Shown here: positions 45,701-61,390 of the stretch, piece by piece
Layout of the letters: each line of letters starts with the position of its first letter
Position numbering within the stretch: position 1 is the stretch's first letter
NCBI GenBank assembly: GCA_964035545.1
Contig: CAXIUT010000230.1
Coordinates: 620,001 to 684,000 of the forward strand
DNA: 64,000 nt
Source: Bugula neritina
Lineage: Eukaryota; Animalia; Bryozoa
Direction of reading: 5' to 3'
The notes under the pieces: generated by a model
The model's input: only the letters and a program-made list of their open reading frames with translations
Databases searched by the model: none
Told to the model about the DNA's origin: nothing
Position numbers and translations under genes: made by a program

Positions 45701-48700
45701 CTGCAAAATACTGAAATACACTGCTCCATACTGAAATATACTACAACACACTGCAACATACTGCAACATACTAAAATATACTGCAACTTACTGAAATACA
45801 CTGCAAAATACTGAAATACACTGTAACATACTGAAATATACTGCAACATACTGAAGTACACTCCTACATACTGAAATATACTGCAACTCACTGCAACATA
45901 CTGCAACATACTAAAACACACTGTAACATAATGAAATACACTGCAACACATTGAAATATACTGCAAAATACTGAAATGCACTGCTATATACTGAAATATA
46001 CTGCAACACACTGCGACATACTGCAACATACTAAAATATACTGCAAAATACTGAAATACACTGCAAAATACTGAAATACACTGTAACATACTGAAATATA
46101 CTGCAACATACTGAAATACACTGCTACATACTGAAATATACTGCAACATACTGCAACATACTAAAATACACTAACATATTGAAATACACTGCAACACATT
46201 GAAATATACTGCAAAATACTGAAATACACTGCTACATACTGAAATATACTGCAACACACTGCAACATACTGCAACATACTAAAATATACTGCAACATACT
46301 GAAATACACTGCAGAATACTGAAATACACTGTAACATACTGAAATATACTGCAAAATACTGAAATACACTGCTACATACTGAAAAATACTGCAACACACT
46401 GCGACATACTGCAACATACTAAAATACACTGTAACATATTGAAATACACTGCAACACATTGAAATATGCTGCAATGTACAGAATTATATGGTAAACTACT
46501 GAAATCTACTGTCACACATTGAAAAATACTGACACATACTGAAAAATACTGCGACACATTGCAATATACTGTAACATACTGAAATATGCTGTAGCACACT
46601 GAAATACACTGCAACTCACTGAAATATACCGCAACATACTGAAATACACTGTAACATATTGAAATATACTGCAACATACTGAAATACAGTGCTACATACT
46701 GAAATATACTGCAACGTACCGCAATATACTGAAATACACTGTAACATACTGAAATACACTGCAACATACTACAACATATTGAAAGACACTGCAACACCTT
46801 GAAATATACTGCAACATACCTAAATATACGGTAATATATCAAAATGAACTGTAACACATTTAAAAATACTGCAACATACTGAAATACACTGCAACACACT
46901 GAAAAACACTGCAAAATACTGTAACACACTGAAATATACTGCAAAATACTGAAATACACTGCTACATACTGAAATATACTGCAACACACTGCAAGATACT
47001 GCAACATTCTAAAATATACTGCATTATACTGAAATACACTGCTACATACTGAAATACACTGCATTACACTGAAAAACACTGCAAAATATCGTAACACACT
47101 GAAATATACTGCAAAACACTGAAATACACTGCTACATACTGAAACATACTGCAACATACTGCACCATACTGAAATACACTGTAACATACTGAAATACACT
47201 GCAAAATACTACAACATATTGAAATACACTGCAATACATTGAAATATACTGCAACATACCTAAATATACGGTAATATACTGAAATATGCTGTAACACATT
47301 GAAAAATACTACAAAATACTGAAATACACTGCAACATACTACAACATACTGAAATACGCTGTAATACATTGAAATCCACTGCAACACATTAAAATATACT
47401 GTAACTCGCTGAAACATACTGTAACTCACTGAACTATAGTGTAATATACGGAAATGTACTGTAAAATACTGGAATATACTGTAACACACTGAAATATACT
47501 GCAACATACTGAAATACACTGTAACATACTGAAATATACTGCAACACCCTGCAACATACTGAAATACACTGTAACATACTGAAATACACTGCAACATCCT
47601 ACAAGATACTGAAATACACTGTAACGTATTGAAGTACACTGCAACACATTGAAGTATTCTGCAACACACTGGAACATACGGCAACATACTGAAATATACT
47701 TCGGCACATTGCAATATACTGCAGCATACTGAAATATGCTGTAGCCTACTGAAATACACTGCATTATACTGAAATACACTGCTACATACTGAAATATACT
47801 GCAACATACTGAAATACACTGTAATATGCTGAATTACACTGCAACACATTGAAATATAATGCAACATAGCTAAATATATATTAAACTACTGAAAAATACT
47901 TCAACACATTGAAAAATACTGCAACATACATAATTATACTGTAACACACTGAAATATACTGCAACATACTGAAATACACTGTAAAATACTGGAATATAGT
48001 GCAACATACTGAAATACACTGCTTCATACTGAAATATACTGCAACATACTGAAAAACACTGTAACATACTGAAATACACTGCAACATACTACAACATATT
48101 GAAAAACACTGCAACACATTGAATATACTGCAACATACCTAAAAATGCGGTAATATACTGAAATAAACTATAACACATTGAAAATACTGCAAAATACTGA
48201 AATACACTGCTACATACTGAAAAATACTGCAACACACTGCGACATACTGCAACATACTAAAATACACTGTAACATATTGAAATACACTGCAACACATTGA
48301 AATATGCTGCAATGTACCGAAATATATGGTAAACTACTGAAATCTACTGTCACACATTGAAAAATACTGACACACACTGAAAAATACTGCGACACATTGC
48401 AATATACTGTAACATACTGAAATATGCTGTAGCACACTGAAATACACTGCAACTCATTGAAATATACCGCAACATACTGAAATACACTGTAACATATTGA
48501 AATATACTGCAACATACTGAAATACAGTGCTACATACTGAAATATACTGCAACGTACTGCAATATACTGAAATACACTGTAACATACTGAAATACACTGC
48601 AACATACTACAACATATTGAAAGACACTGCAACACCTTGAAATATACTGCTACATACTGAAATATACTGCAACACACTGCAAGATACTGCAACATTCTAA

Positions 48701-48990
48701 AATATACTGCATTATACTGAAATACACTGCTACATACTGAAATATACTGCAACATACTGAAATACACTGTAATATGCTGAATTACACTGCAACACATTGA
48801 AATATACTGCAACATAGCAAAATATATATTAAACTACTGAAAAATACTTCAACATATTGAAAAATACTGCAACATACATAATTATACTGTAACACACTGA
48901 AATATACTGCAACATACTGAAATACACTGTAAAATACTGGAATATAGTGCAACATACTGAAATACACTGCTACATACTGAAATATACTGC
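41270..48990. repeat. ~4.07-kb tandem duplication (offset 4066-4086)
   Basis: ORF pairs 41388/45454, 42095/46161, 43350/47426, 44144/48210 and 44696/48782. Confidence 0.88.
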
Positions 48991-51900
48991 AACATACTGC
49001 AACATACTGAAAAACACTGTAACATACTGAAATACACTGCAACATACTACAACATATTGAAAAACACTGCAACACATTGAATATACTGCAACATACCTAA
49101 AAATGCGGTAATATACTGAAATAAACTATAGCACATTGAAAATACTGCAACATACTGAAATACACTGCAACACACCGAAATATACTGCAAAATAAAACAA
49201 CATACTGAAATACACTGTAACGTATTGAAATACACTGTAACACATTGAAATATACTGCAACATACCGAGATATATTGTAAACTACTGAAATATACTGTAA
49301 CACATTGAAAAATACTGCAACATACTGAAATTTACTGCGACACTTTGCAATATACTGTAACATACTGAAATATGCTGTAGCACACTGAAATACACTGCAA
49401 CTCACTGAAATATACTGCAAAATACTGAAATACACTAAAACATATTGAAAAATACTGCAACATACTGAAATACACTGTAACATACTGAAATACACTGCAA
49501 AATACTACAACATATTGAAATACACTGAAACATACCTAAATATACGGTAAGATACTGAAATATACTGTAACACATTGAAAAGTACAGCAACATACTGAAA
49601 GATACTGCAAGATACTGCAACATACTAAAATACACTGTAACATAATGAAACACACTGCAACATACTGCATTATACTGACATACACTGGAACATAATGAAA
49701 TACACTGCAACAAATTGAAATATACTGTAACTCGCTGAAATATAGTGTAATATACGGAAATGTACTGTAACATACTGGAATATACTGTAACACACTGAAG
49801 TATACTGCAACATACTGAAATGCAGTGCTACATACTGAAATATACTGCAACATACTGCGACATACTGAAATACACTGTAACATACTGAAATACACTGCAA
49901 CATACTACAACATACTGAAATACACTGCTACATACTGAAATATACTACTACATACTGCAACATTTGGCAACATACTGAAATATACTGCGACACATTGCAA
50001 TATACTGAAACATACTGAAATATGCTGTAGCACACTGAAATACACTGCAACTCACTGAAATATACTGCAACATACTGAAATACACTGTGAAATACTGTAA
50101 TATACTGCGACATACTGCACCATACTGAAATACACTGTAACATACTGAAATACACTGCAACACATTGAAATATACTGCAAAATACTGAAATACACTGCTA
50201 CATACTGAAATATACTGCAACACACTGCAACATACTGCAACATACTGAAATATACTGCGACACATTGCAATATACTGTAACATACTGAAATACACTACTA
50301 CATACTGAAACATACTGCAACATACTGCAGCATACTGAAATACACTGTAACATACTGAAATACACTGCAACACATTGAATATACTGCAACATACCTAAAA
50401 ATGCGGTAATATACTGAAATAAACTATAACACATTGAAAATACTGCAAAATACTGAAATACACTGCTACATACTGAAAAATACTGCAACACACTGCGACA
50501 TACTGCAACATACTAAAATACACTGTAACATATTGAAATACACTGCAACAATTTGAAATATGCTGCAATGTACCGAAATATATGGTAAACTACTGAAATC
50601 TACTGTCACACATTGAAAAATACTGACACATACTGAAAAATACTGCGACACATTGCAATATACTGTAACATACTGAAATATGCTGTAGCACACTGAAATA
50701 CACTGCAACTCACTGAAATATACCGCAACATACTGAAATACACTGTAACATATTGAAATATACTGCAACATACTGAAATACAGTGCTACATACTGAAATA
50801 TACTGCAACGTACTGCAATATACTGAAATACACTGTAACATACTGAAATACACTGCAACATACTACAACATATTGAAAGACACTGCAACACCTTGAAATA
50901 TACTGCAACATACCTAAATATACGGTAATATAACAAAATGAACTGTAACACAATTAAAAATACTGCAACATACTGAAATACACTGCAACACACTGAAAAA
51001 CACTGCAAAATACTGTAACACACTGAAATATACTGCAAAATACTGAAATACACTGCTACATACTGAAATATACTGCAACACACTGCAAGATACTGCAACA
51101 TTCTAAAATATACTGCATTATACTGAAATACACTGCTACATACTGAAATATACTGCAACATACTGAAATACACTGTAATATGCTGAATTACACTGCAACA
51201 CATTGAAATATACTGCAACATAGCAAAATATATATTAAACTACTGAAAAATACTTCAACATATTGAAAAATACTGCAACATACATAATTATACTGTAACA
51301 CACTGAAATATACTGCAACATACTGAAATACACTGTAAAATACTGGAATATAGTGCAACATACTGAAATACACTGCTACATACTGAAATATACTGCAACA
51401 TACTGCAACATACTGAAAAACACTGTAACATACTGAAATACACTGCAACATACTACAACATATTGAAAAACACTGCAACACATTGAATATACTGCAACAT
51501 ACCTAAAAATGCGGTAATATACTGAAATAAACTATAACACATTGAAAATACTGCAACATACTGAAATACACTGCAACACACCGAAATATACTGCAAAATA
51601 AAACAACATACTGAAATACACTGTAACGTATTGAAATACACTGTAACACATTGAAATATACTGCAACATACCGAGATATGTTGTAAACTACTGAAATATA
51701 CTGTAACACATTGAAAAATACTGCAACATACTGAAATACAGTGTAACATACTGAAATACACTGCAAAATACTACAACATATTGAAATACACTGAAACATA
51801 CCTAAATATACGGTAAGATACTGAAATATACTGTAACACATTGAAAAGTACAGCAACATACTGAAAGATACTGCAAGATACTGCAACATACTAAAATACA

Positions 51901-52620
51901 CTGTAACATAATGAAACACACTGCAACATACTGCATTATACTGACATACACTGGAACATAATGAAATACACTGCAACAAATTGAAATATACTGTAACTCG
52001 CTGAAATATAGTCTAATATACGGAAATGTACTGTAACATACTGGAATATACTGTAACACACTGAAGTATACTGCAACATACTGAAATGCAGTGCTACATA
52101 CTGAAATATACTGCAACATACTGCGACATACTGAAATACACTGTAACATACTGAAATACACTGCAACATACTACAACATACTGAAATACACTGCTACATA
52201 CTGAAATATACTACTACATACTGCAACATTTGGCAACATACTGAAATATACTGCGACACATTGCAATATACTGAAACATACTGAAATATGCTGTAGCACA
52301 CTGAAATACACTGCAACTCACTGAAATATACTGCAACATACTGAAATACACTGTGAAATACTGTAATATACTGCGACATACTGCACCATACTGAAATACA
52401 CTGTAACATACTGAAATACACTGCAACACATTGAAATATACTGCAAAATACTGAAATACACTGCTACATACTGAAATATACTGCAACACACTGCAACATA
52501 CTGCAACATACTGAAATATACTGCGACACATTGCAATATACTGTAACATACTGAAATACACTACTACATACTGAAACATACTGCAACATACTGCACCATA
52601 CTGAAATACACTGTAACATA
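48110..52620. repeat. ~2.3-kb tandem duplication (offset 2256-2406, differing by whole-monomer indels)
   Basis: ORF pairs 48210/50466, 48782/51188, 49536/51802 and 49928/52194. Confidence 0.85.
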
Positions 52621-55600
52621 CTGAAATACACTGCAAAATACTACAACATATTGAAATACACTGCAATACATTGAAATATACTGCAACATACCTAAATATA
52701 CGGTAATATACTGAAATATGCTGTAACACATTGAAAAATACTACAAAATACTGAAATACACTGCAACATACTACAACATACTGAAATACGCTGTAATACA
52801 TTGAAATCCACTGCAACACATTAAAATATACTGTAACTCGCTGAAACATACTGTAACTCACTGAACTATAGTGTAATATACGGAAATGTACTGTAAAATA
52901 CTGGAATATAATGTAACACACTGAAATATACTGCAACATACTGAAATATACTGCAACATCCTGCAACATACTGAAATACACTGTAACATACTGAAATACA
53001 CTGCAACATCCTACAAGATACTGAAATACACTGTAACGTATTGAAGTACACTGCAACACATTGAAGTATTCTGCAACACACTGGAACATATGGCAACATA
53101 CTGAAATATACTTCGGCACATTGCAATATACTGCAGCATACTGAAATATGCTGTAGCCTACTGAAATACACTGCATTATACTGAAATACACTGCTACATA
53201 CTGAAATATACTGCAACATACTGAAATACACTGTAATATGCTGAATTACACTGCAACACATTGAAATATAATGCAACATAGCTAAATATATATTAAACTA
53301 CTGAAAAATACTTCAACACATTGAAAAATACTGCAACATACATAATTATACTGTAACACACTGAAATATACTGCAACATACTGAAATACACTGTAATATA
53401 CTGGAATATAGTGCAACATGCTGAAATACACTGCTACATACTGAAATATACTGCAACATACTGCAACATACTGAAAAACACTGTAACATACTGAAATACA
53501 CTGCAACATACTACAACATATTGAAAAACACTGCAACACATTGAATATACTGCAACATACCTAAAAATGCGGTAATATACTGAAATAAACTATAACACAT
53601 TGAAAATACTGCAAAATACTGAAATACACTGCTACATACTGAAAAATACTGCAACACACTGCGACATACTGCAACATACTAAAATACACTGTAACATATT
53701 GAAATACACTGCAACACATTGAAATATGCTGCAATGTACCGAAATATATGGTAAACTACTGAAATCTACTGTCACACATTGAAAAATACTGACACATACT
53801 GAAAAATACTGCGACACATTGCAATATACTGTAACATACTGAAATATGCTGTAGCACACTGAAATACACTGCAACTCACTGAAATATACCGCAACATACT
53901 GAAATACACTGTAACATATTGAAATATACTGCAACATACTGAAATACACTGTAACATACTGAAATACACTGCAACATACTACAACATATTGAAAAACACT
54001 GCAACACATTGAATATACTGCAACATACCTAAAAATGCGGTAATATACTGAAATAAACTATAACACATTGAAAATACTGCAACATACTGAAATACACTGC
54101 AACACACCGAAATATACTGCAAAATAAAACAACATACTGAAATACACTGTAACGTATTGAAATACACTGTAACACATCGAAATATACTGCAACATACCGA
54201 GATAAATTGTAAACTACTGAAATATACTGTAACACATTGAAAAATACTGCAACATACTGAAATTTACTGCAACACTTTGCAATATACTGTAACATACTGA
54301 AATATGCTGTAGCACACTGAAATACACTGCAACTCACTGAAATATACTGCAAAATACTGAAATACACTAAAACATATTGAAAAATACTGCAACATACTGA
54401 AATACACTGTAACATACTGAAATACACTGCAAAATACTACAACATATTGAAATATGCTGCAATGTACCGAAATATATGGTAAACTACTGAAATCTACTGT
54501 AACACATTGAAAAATACTGCAACATACTGAAATTTACTGCGACACTTTGCAATATACTGTAACATACTGAAATATGCTGTAGCACACTGAAATACACTGC
54601 AACTCACTGAAATATACTGCAAAATACTGAAATACACTAAAACATATTGAAAAATACTGCAACATACTGAAAAACACTGTAACATACTGAAATACACTGC
54701 AACATACTACAACATATTGAAAAACACTGCAACACATTGAATATACTGCAACATACCTAAAAATGCGGTAATATACTGAAATAAACTATAACACATTGAA
54801 AATACTGCAACATACTGAAATACACTGCAACTCACTGAAATATACCGCAACATACTGAAATACACTGTAACATGTTGAAATATACTGCAACATACTGAAA
54901 TACAGTGCTACATACTGAAATATACTGCAACGTACTGCAATATACTGAAATACACTGTAACATACTGAAATACACTGCAACATACTACAACATATTGAAA
55001 GACACTGCAACACCTTGAAATATACTGCAACATACCTAAATATACGGTAATATAACAAAATGAACTGTAACACATTTAAAAATACTGCAACATACTGAAA
55101 TACACTGCAACACACTGAAAAACACTGCAAAATACTGTAACACACTAAAATATACTGCAAAATACTGAAATACACTGCTACATACTGAAATATACTGCAA
55201 CACACTGCAAGATACTGCAACATTCTAAAATATACTGCATTATACTGAAATACACTGCTACATACTGAAATATACTGCAACATACTGAAATACACTGTAA
55301 TATGCTGAATTACACTGCAACACATTGAAATATACTGCAACATAGCAAAATATATATTAAACTACTGAAAAATACTTCAACATATTGAAAAATACTGCAA
55401 CATACATAATTATACTGTAACACACTGAAATATACTGCAACATACTGAAATACACTGTAAAATACTGGAATATAGTGCAACATACTGAAATACACTGCTA
55501 CATACTGAAATATACTGCAACATACTGCAACATACTGAAAAACACTGTAACATACTGAAATACACTGCAAGATACTACAACATATTGAAAAACACTGCAA

Positions 55601-55849
55601 CACATTGAATATACTGCAACATACCTAAAAATGCGGTAATATACTGAAATAAACTATAACACATTGAAAATACTGCAACATACTGAAATACACTGCAACA
55701 CACCGAAATATACTGTAACATACTGAAATATGCTGTAGCACACTGAAATACACTGCAACACACTGAAATACACTGCAAAATACTGTAACACACTGAAATA
55801 TACTGCAAAATACTGGAATACACTGCTACATACTGAAAGATACTGCAAC

Positions 55850-58800
55850 ACACTGCAACATACTGCATTATACTGACATACACTGGAACATATTGAAGTA
55901 CACTGCAACAAATTGAAGTATACTGCAACACACTGAAACATACGGCAACATACTGAAATATACTGCGACAGATTGAAATATACAGCAACATACTGAAATA
56001 TACAGCGACACAATGCAATATACTGCAACATACTGAATTATGCTGTAGCAAATTGAAATACACTGCAACATGCTGAAACATACTGAAATACGCTGTAATA
56101 TATTGAAATACACTGCAACACATTGAAATATACTGTAACTCGCTGAAGTATAGTGTGATATACGAAAATGTACTGTAACATACTGGAATATACTGAAATA
56201 CACTGTAACATACTGAAATGCAGTGCTACATACTGAAATATACTGCAACATACTGCAACATACTGAATCACACTGTAACATACTGAAATAGACTGCAACA
56301 TACTCAACATACTGAAATACACTGCTATATTACTGAAATATACTGCAACATACTGCAACTTTTGGCAACATACTGAAATATACTGCGACACATTGCAATA
56401 TACTGTAACATACTGAAATATGCTGTAGCACACTGAAATACACTGCAACTCACTGAAATATACTGCAACATACTGAAATACACTGTAACATATTGAAATA
56501 TACTGCAACATACTGCAACATACTGAAATACACTGGAACATATTGAAATACACCTCAACAAATTGAAGTATACTGAAACACACTGAAATACACCGCAAAA
56601 CACTACAACATACTGAAACACACTGCAACATACTGAAATACACTACTACATACTGAAATATACTGCAACATACTGCACCATACTGAAATACACTGTAACA
56701 TAATGAAATGCACTGCAAATTACTACAACATATTGAAATACACTGCAACACATTGAAATATACTGCAACATACCTAAATATACGGTAATATACTGAAATA
56801 TACTGTAAAACATTGAAAAACACTGCAACAGACTGAAATACGCTACAACACACTGAAATACACTGCAAAATACTACAACATACTGAAATACACTGTAACA
56901 TACTGAAATACACTGCTACATACTGAAATATACCGCAACACACTGCAACATACTGCAACATACTAAAATACACTGTAACATAATGAAACACACTGCAACA
57001 TACTGCATTATACTGACATATACTGGAACATATTGAAGTACACTGCAGCAAATTGAAGTATACTGCAACACACTGAAACATACGGCAACATACTGAAATT
57101 TACTGCGACAGATTGAAATATACAGCAACATACTGAAATATACAGCGACACAATGCAATATACTGCAACATACTGAATTATGCTGTAGCAAATTGAAATA
57201 CACTGCAACATGCTGCAACATACTGAAATACGCTGTAATATATTGAAATATGCTGCAACACATTGAAATATACTGTAACTCGCTGAAGTATAGTGTAATA
57301 TACGAAAATGTACTGTAACATACTGGAATATACTGAAATACACTGTAACATACTGATATGCAGTGCTACATACTGAAATATACTGCAACATACTGCAACA
57401 TACTGAAATACACTGTAACATACTGAAATACACTGCAACATACTCAACATACTGAAATACACTGCTAAATACTGAAATATACTGCAACACACTGCGACAT
57501 TTGGCAACATACTGAAATACACTGTAATATGCTGAATTACACTGCAACACATTGAAATATACTGCAACATGCAAAATATATATTAAACTACTGAAATATA
57601 CTTTAACACATTGAAAAATACTGCAACATACAGAATTATACTGTAACACACTGAAATATGCTGCAACATACTGAAATACACTATACAATACTGAAATATA
57701 CTGCAACATACTGAATTACACTGCTACATACTGAGATATACTGCAACATACTGAAATGCACTGTAACATACTGAAATACACTGCAACATACTACAACATA
57801 TTGAAATACACTGCAACACATTGAAATATACTGCAACATACCTAAATATACGGTAATATACAGAAATATACTGTAACACATTGGAAAACACTGCAACATA
57901 CTGAAGTACACTGCAACACACTGAAATACACTGCAAAATACTACAAAATACTGAAATACACTGTAACATACTGAAATACACTGCAACACATTGAAATATA
58001 CTGAAATGTACCGAAATATATGGTAAACTACTGAAATATACTGTCACACATTGAAAAATGCTGCAACATACTGAAACATACTGCGACACATTGCAATATA
58101 CTGTAACATACTGAAATATGCTGTAGCACACTGAAATAGACTGCAACACACTGAAATACACTGCAAAATACTGTAACACACTGAAATATACTGCAAAATG
58201 CTGGAATACACTGCTACATACTGAAAGATACTGCAACACACAGCAACATACTAAAATATACTGCAACATACTGAAATACACTACAAAATACTGAAATACA
58301 TTGCAACATACTGAAATATACTGCAACATACTGAAATACACTGCTACATACTGAAATATACTGCAACACACTGCAACATACTGAAACATACTAAAATACA
58401 CTGTAACATAATGAAACACACTGCAACATACTGCATTATACTGACATACACTGGAACATATTGAAGTACACTGCAACAAATTGAAGTATACTGCAACACA
58501 CTGAAACATACGGCAACATACTGAAATATACTGCGACAGATTGAAATATACAGCAACATACTGAAATATACAGCGACACAATGCAATATACTGCAACATA
58601 CTGAATTATGCTGTAGCAAATTGAAATACACTGCAACATGCTGCAACATACTGAAATACGCTGTAATATATTGAAATACACTGCAACACATTGAAATATA
58701 CTGTAACTCGCTGAAGTATAGTGTAATATACGAAAATGTACTGTAACATACTGGAATATACTGAAATACACTGTAACATACTGAAATGCAGTGCTACATA

Positions 58801-59230
58801 CTGAAATATACTGCAACATACTGCAACATACTGAAATACACTGTAACATACTGAAATACACTGCAACATACTCAACATACTGAAATACACTGCTATATTA
58901 CTGAAATATACTGCAACATACTGCAACTTTTGGCAACATACTGAAATATACTGCGACACATTGCAATATACTGTAACATACTGAAATATGCTGTAGCACA
59001 CTGAAATACACTGCAACTCACTGAAATATACTGCAACATACTGAAATACACTGTAACACATTGAAATATACTGCAACATACTGCAACATACTGAAATACA
59101 CTGGAACATATTGAAATACACCTCAACAAATTGAAGTATACTGAAACACACTGAAATACACCGCAAAACACTACAACATACTGAAACATACTGCAACATA
59201 CTGAAATACACTACTACATACTGAAATATA
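55850..59230. repeat. Three copies of a ~480-bp diverged block (~55850, ~56990, ~58420); copies 1 and 3 match further at offset 2568
   Basis: Shared rare words tacagcgaca caatgcaata, tgctgtagca aattgaaata, tacgaaaatg and tactcaacat. ORF ends 55868/57008/58436 and 56325/58893. Confidence 0.85.
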
Positions 59231-59639
59231 CTGCAACATACTGCAAGATACTACAACATATTAAAATAGACTGCAACACATTGAAATATACTGCAACATA
59301 CCTGAATATGCGGTAATATACTGAAATATACTGGAACACATTGAAATACACTGTGACATACTGAGATACACTGCAACATACTGCAACATACTGCAACATA
59401 CTGAAATACACCTTAACATATTGAAATATACCGCAACACATTGAAATATGCTGTAACTCACTAAAATATACTGCAACATACTAAAATATACTGTAACATG
59501 CTGAAATATACTGCGACACATTGCAATATACTGTAACATACTGAAATATGCTGTAGCACACTGAAATACACTGCAACTCACTGAAATATACTGCAACATA
59601 CTGAAACATACTGCAACATACTGAAATACACTGCAAAAT

Positions 59640-61390
59640 ACTGAAATATACTGCAACATACTGAAATACACTGTAATATGCTGAATTACACTGCAACACA
59701 TTGAAATATACTGCAACATAGCAAAATATATATTAAACTACTGAAAAATACTTTAACACATTGAAAAATACTGCAACATACATAATTATACTGTAACACA
59801 CTGAAATATACTGCAACAACTGAAATACACTGTAAAATACTGAAATATACTGCACCATACTGAAATACACTGCTACATACTGAAATATACTGCAACATAC
59901 TGCAACATACTGAAATACACTGTAACATACTGAAATACACTGCAACATACTACAACATATTGAAATACACTGCAACACATTGAATATACTGCAACATACC
60001 TAAATATGCTGTAATATACTGAAATTAACTATAACACATTGAAAATACTGCAACATACTGAAATACACTGCAACACACCGAAATATACTGCAAAAAAAAA
60101 CAACATACTGAAATAAACTGTAACATATTGAAATACACTGTAACACATTGAAATATACTGCAACATACCGAAATATATTGTAAACTACTGAAATATACTG
60201 TAACACATTGAAAAATACTGCAAGATACTGAAATTTACTGCGACACATTGCAATATACTGTAACATACTGAAATATGCTGCAAAACACTGAAATACACTG
60301 CTACATACTGAAATATACTGCAACACAGTGCAACATACGGCAACATTTTGAAATAAACTTCGGCACATTGCAATATACTGCAGCATACTGAAATGTGCTG
60401 TAGCCTACTGAAATACACTGCATTATACTGAAATACACTGCTACATACTGAATTATACTGCAACATATTGAAAAATACTGCAACATACTGAAATACACTG
60501 TAACATACTGAAATACACTGCAACACACTGCAACATACTGCAACATACTGAAATACACTGTAACATATTGAAATACACTGCAACACATTGAAATACACTG
60601 CAAAATACTACAACATACTGAAATACACTGTAACATACTGAAATACAATGTAACATACTGAAATATACTGCAACATACTGAAATACACTGCTACATACTG
60701 AAATATACTGCAACATACTGAAATGCACTGTAATATGCTGAATTACACTGCAACACATTGAAATATACTGCAACATAGCAAAATATATATTAAACTACTG
60801 AAAAATACTTTAACACATTGAAAAATACTGCAACATACATAATTATACTGTAACACACTGAAATATACTGCAACATACTGAAATACACTGTAAAATACTG
60901 AAATATACTGCAACATACTGAAATACACTGCTACATACTGAAATATACTGCAACATACTGCAACATACTGAAATACACTGTAACATACTGAAATACACTG
61001 CAACATACTACAACATACTGAAATACACTGCAACACATTGAATATACTGCAACATACCTAAATATGCGGTAATATACTGAAATAAACTATAACACATTGA
61101 AAATACTGCAACATACTGAAATACACTGCAACACACCGAAATATACTGCAAATTAAAACAACATACTGAAATAAACTGTAACATATTGAAATACACTGTA
61201 ACACATTGAAATATACTGCAACATACCGAAATATATTGTAAACTACTGAAATATACTGTAACACATTGAAAAATACTGCAACATACTGAAATTTACTGCG
61301 ACACATTGCAATATACTGTAACATACTGAAATATGCTGCAAAACACTGAAATACACTGCTACATACTGAAATATACTGCAACACAGTGCA
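59640..61390. repeat. Duplication at offset ~1057-1058
   Basis: ORF ends 59686/60743, 60000/61058, 60185/61243 and 60301/61359. Shared acataccgaa atatattgta and atttactgcg. Confidence 0.83.
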
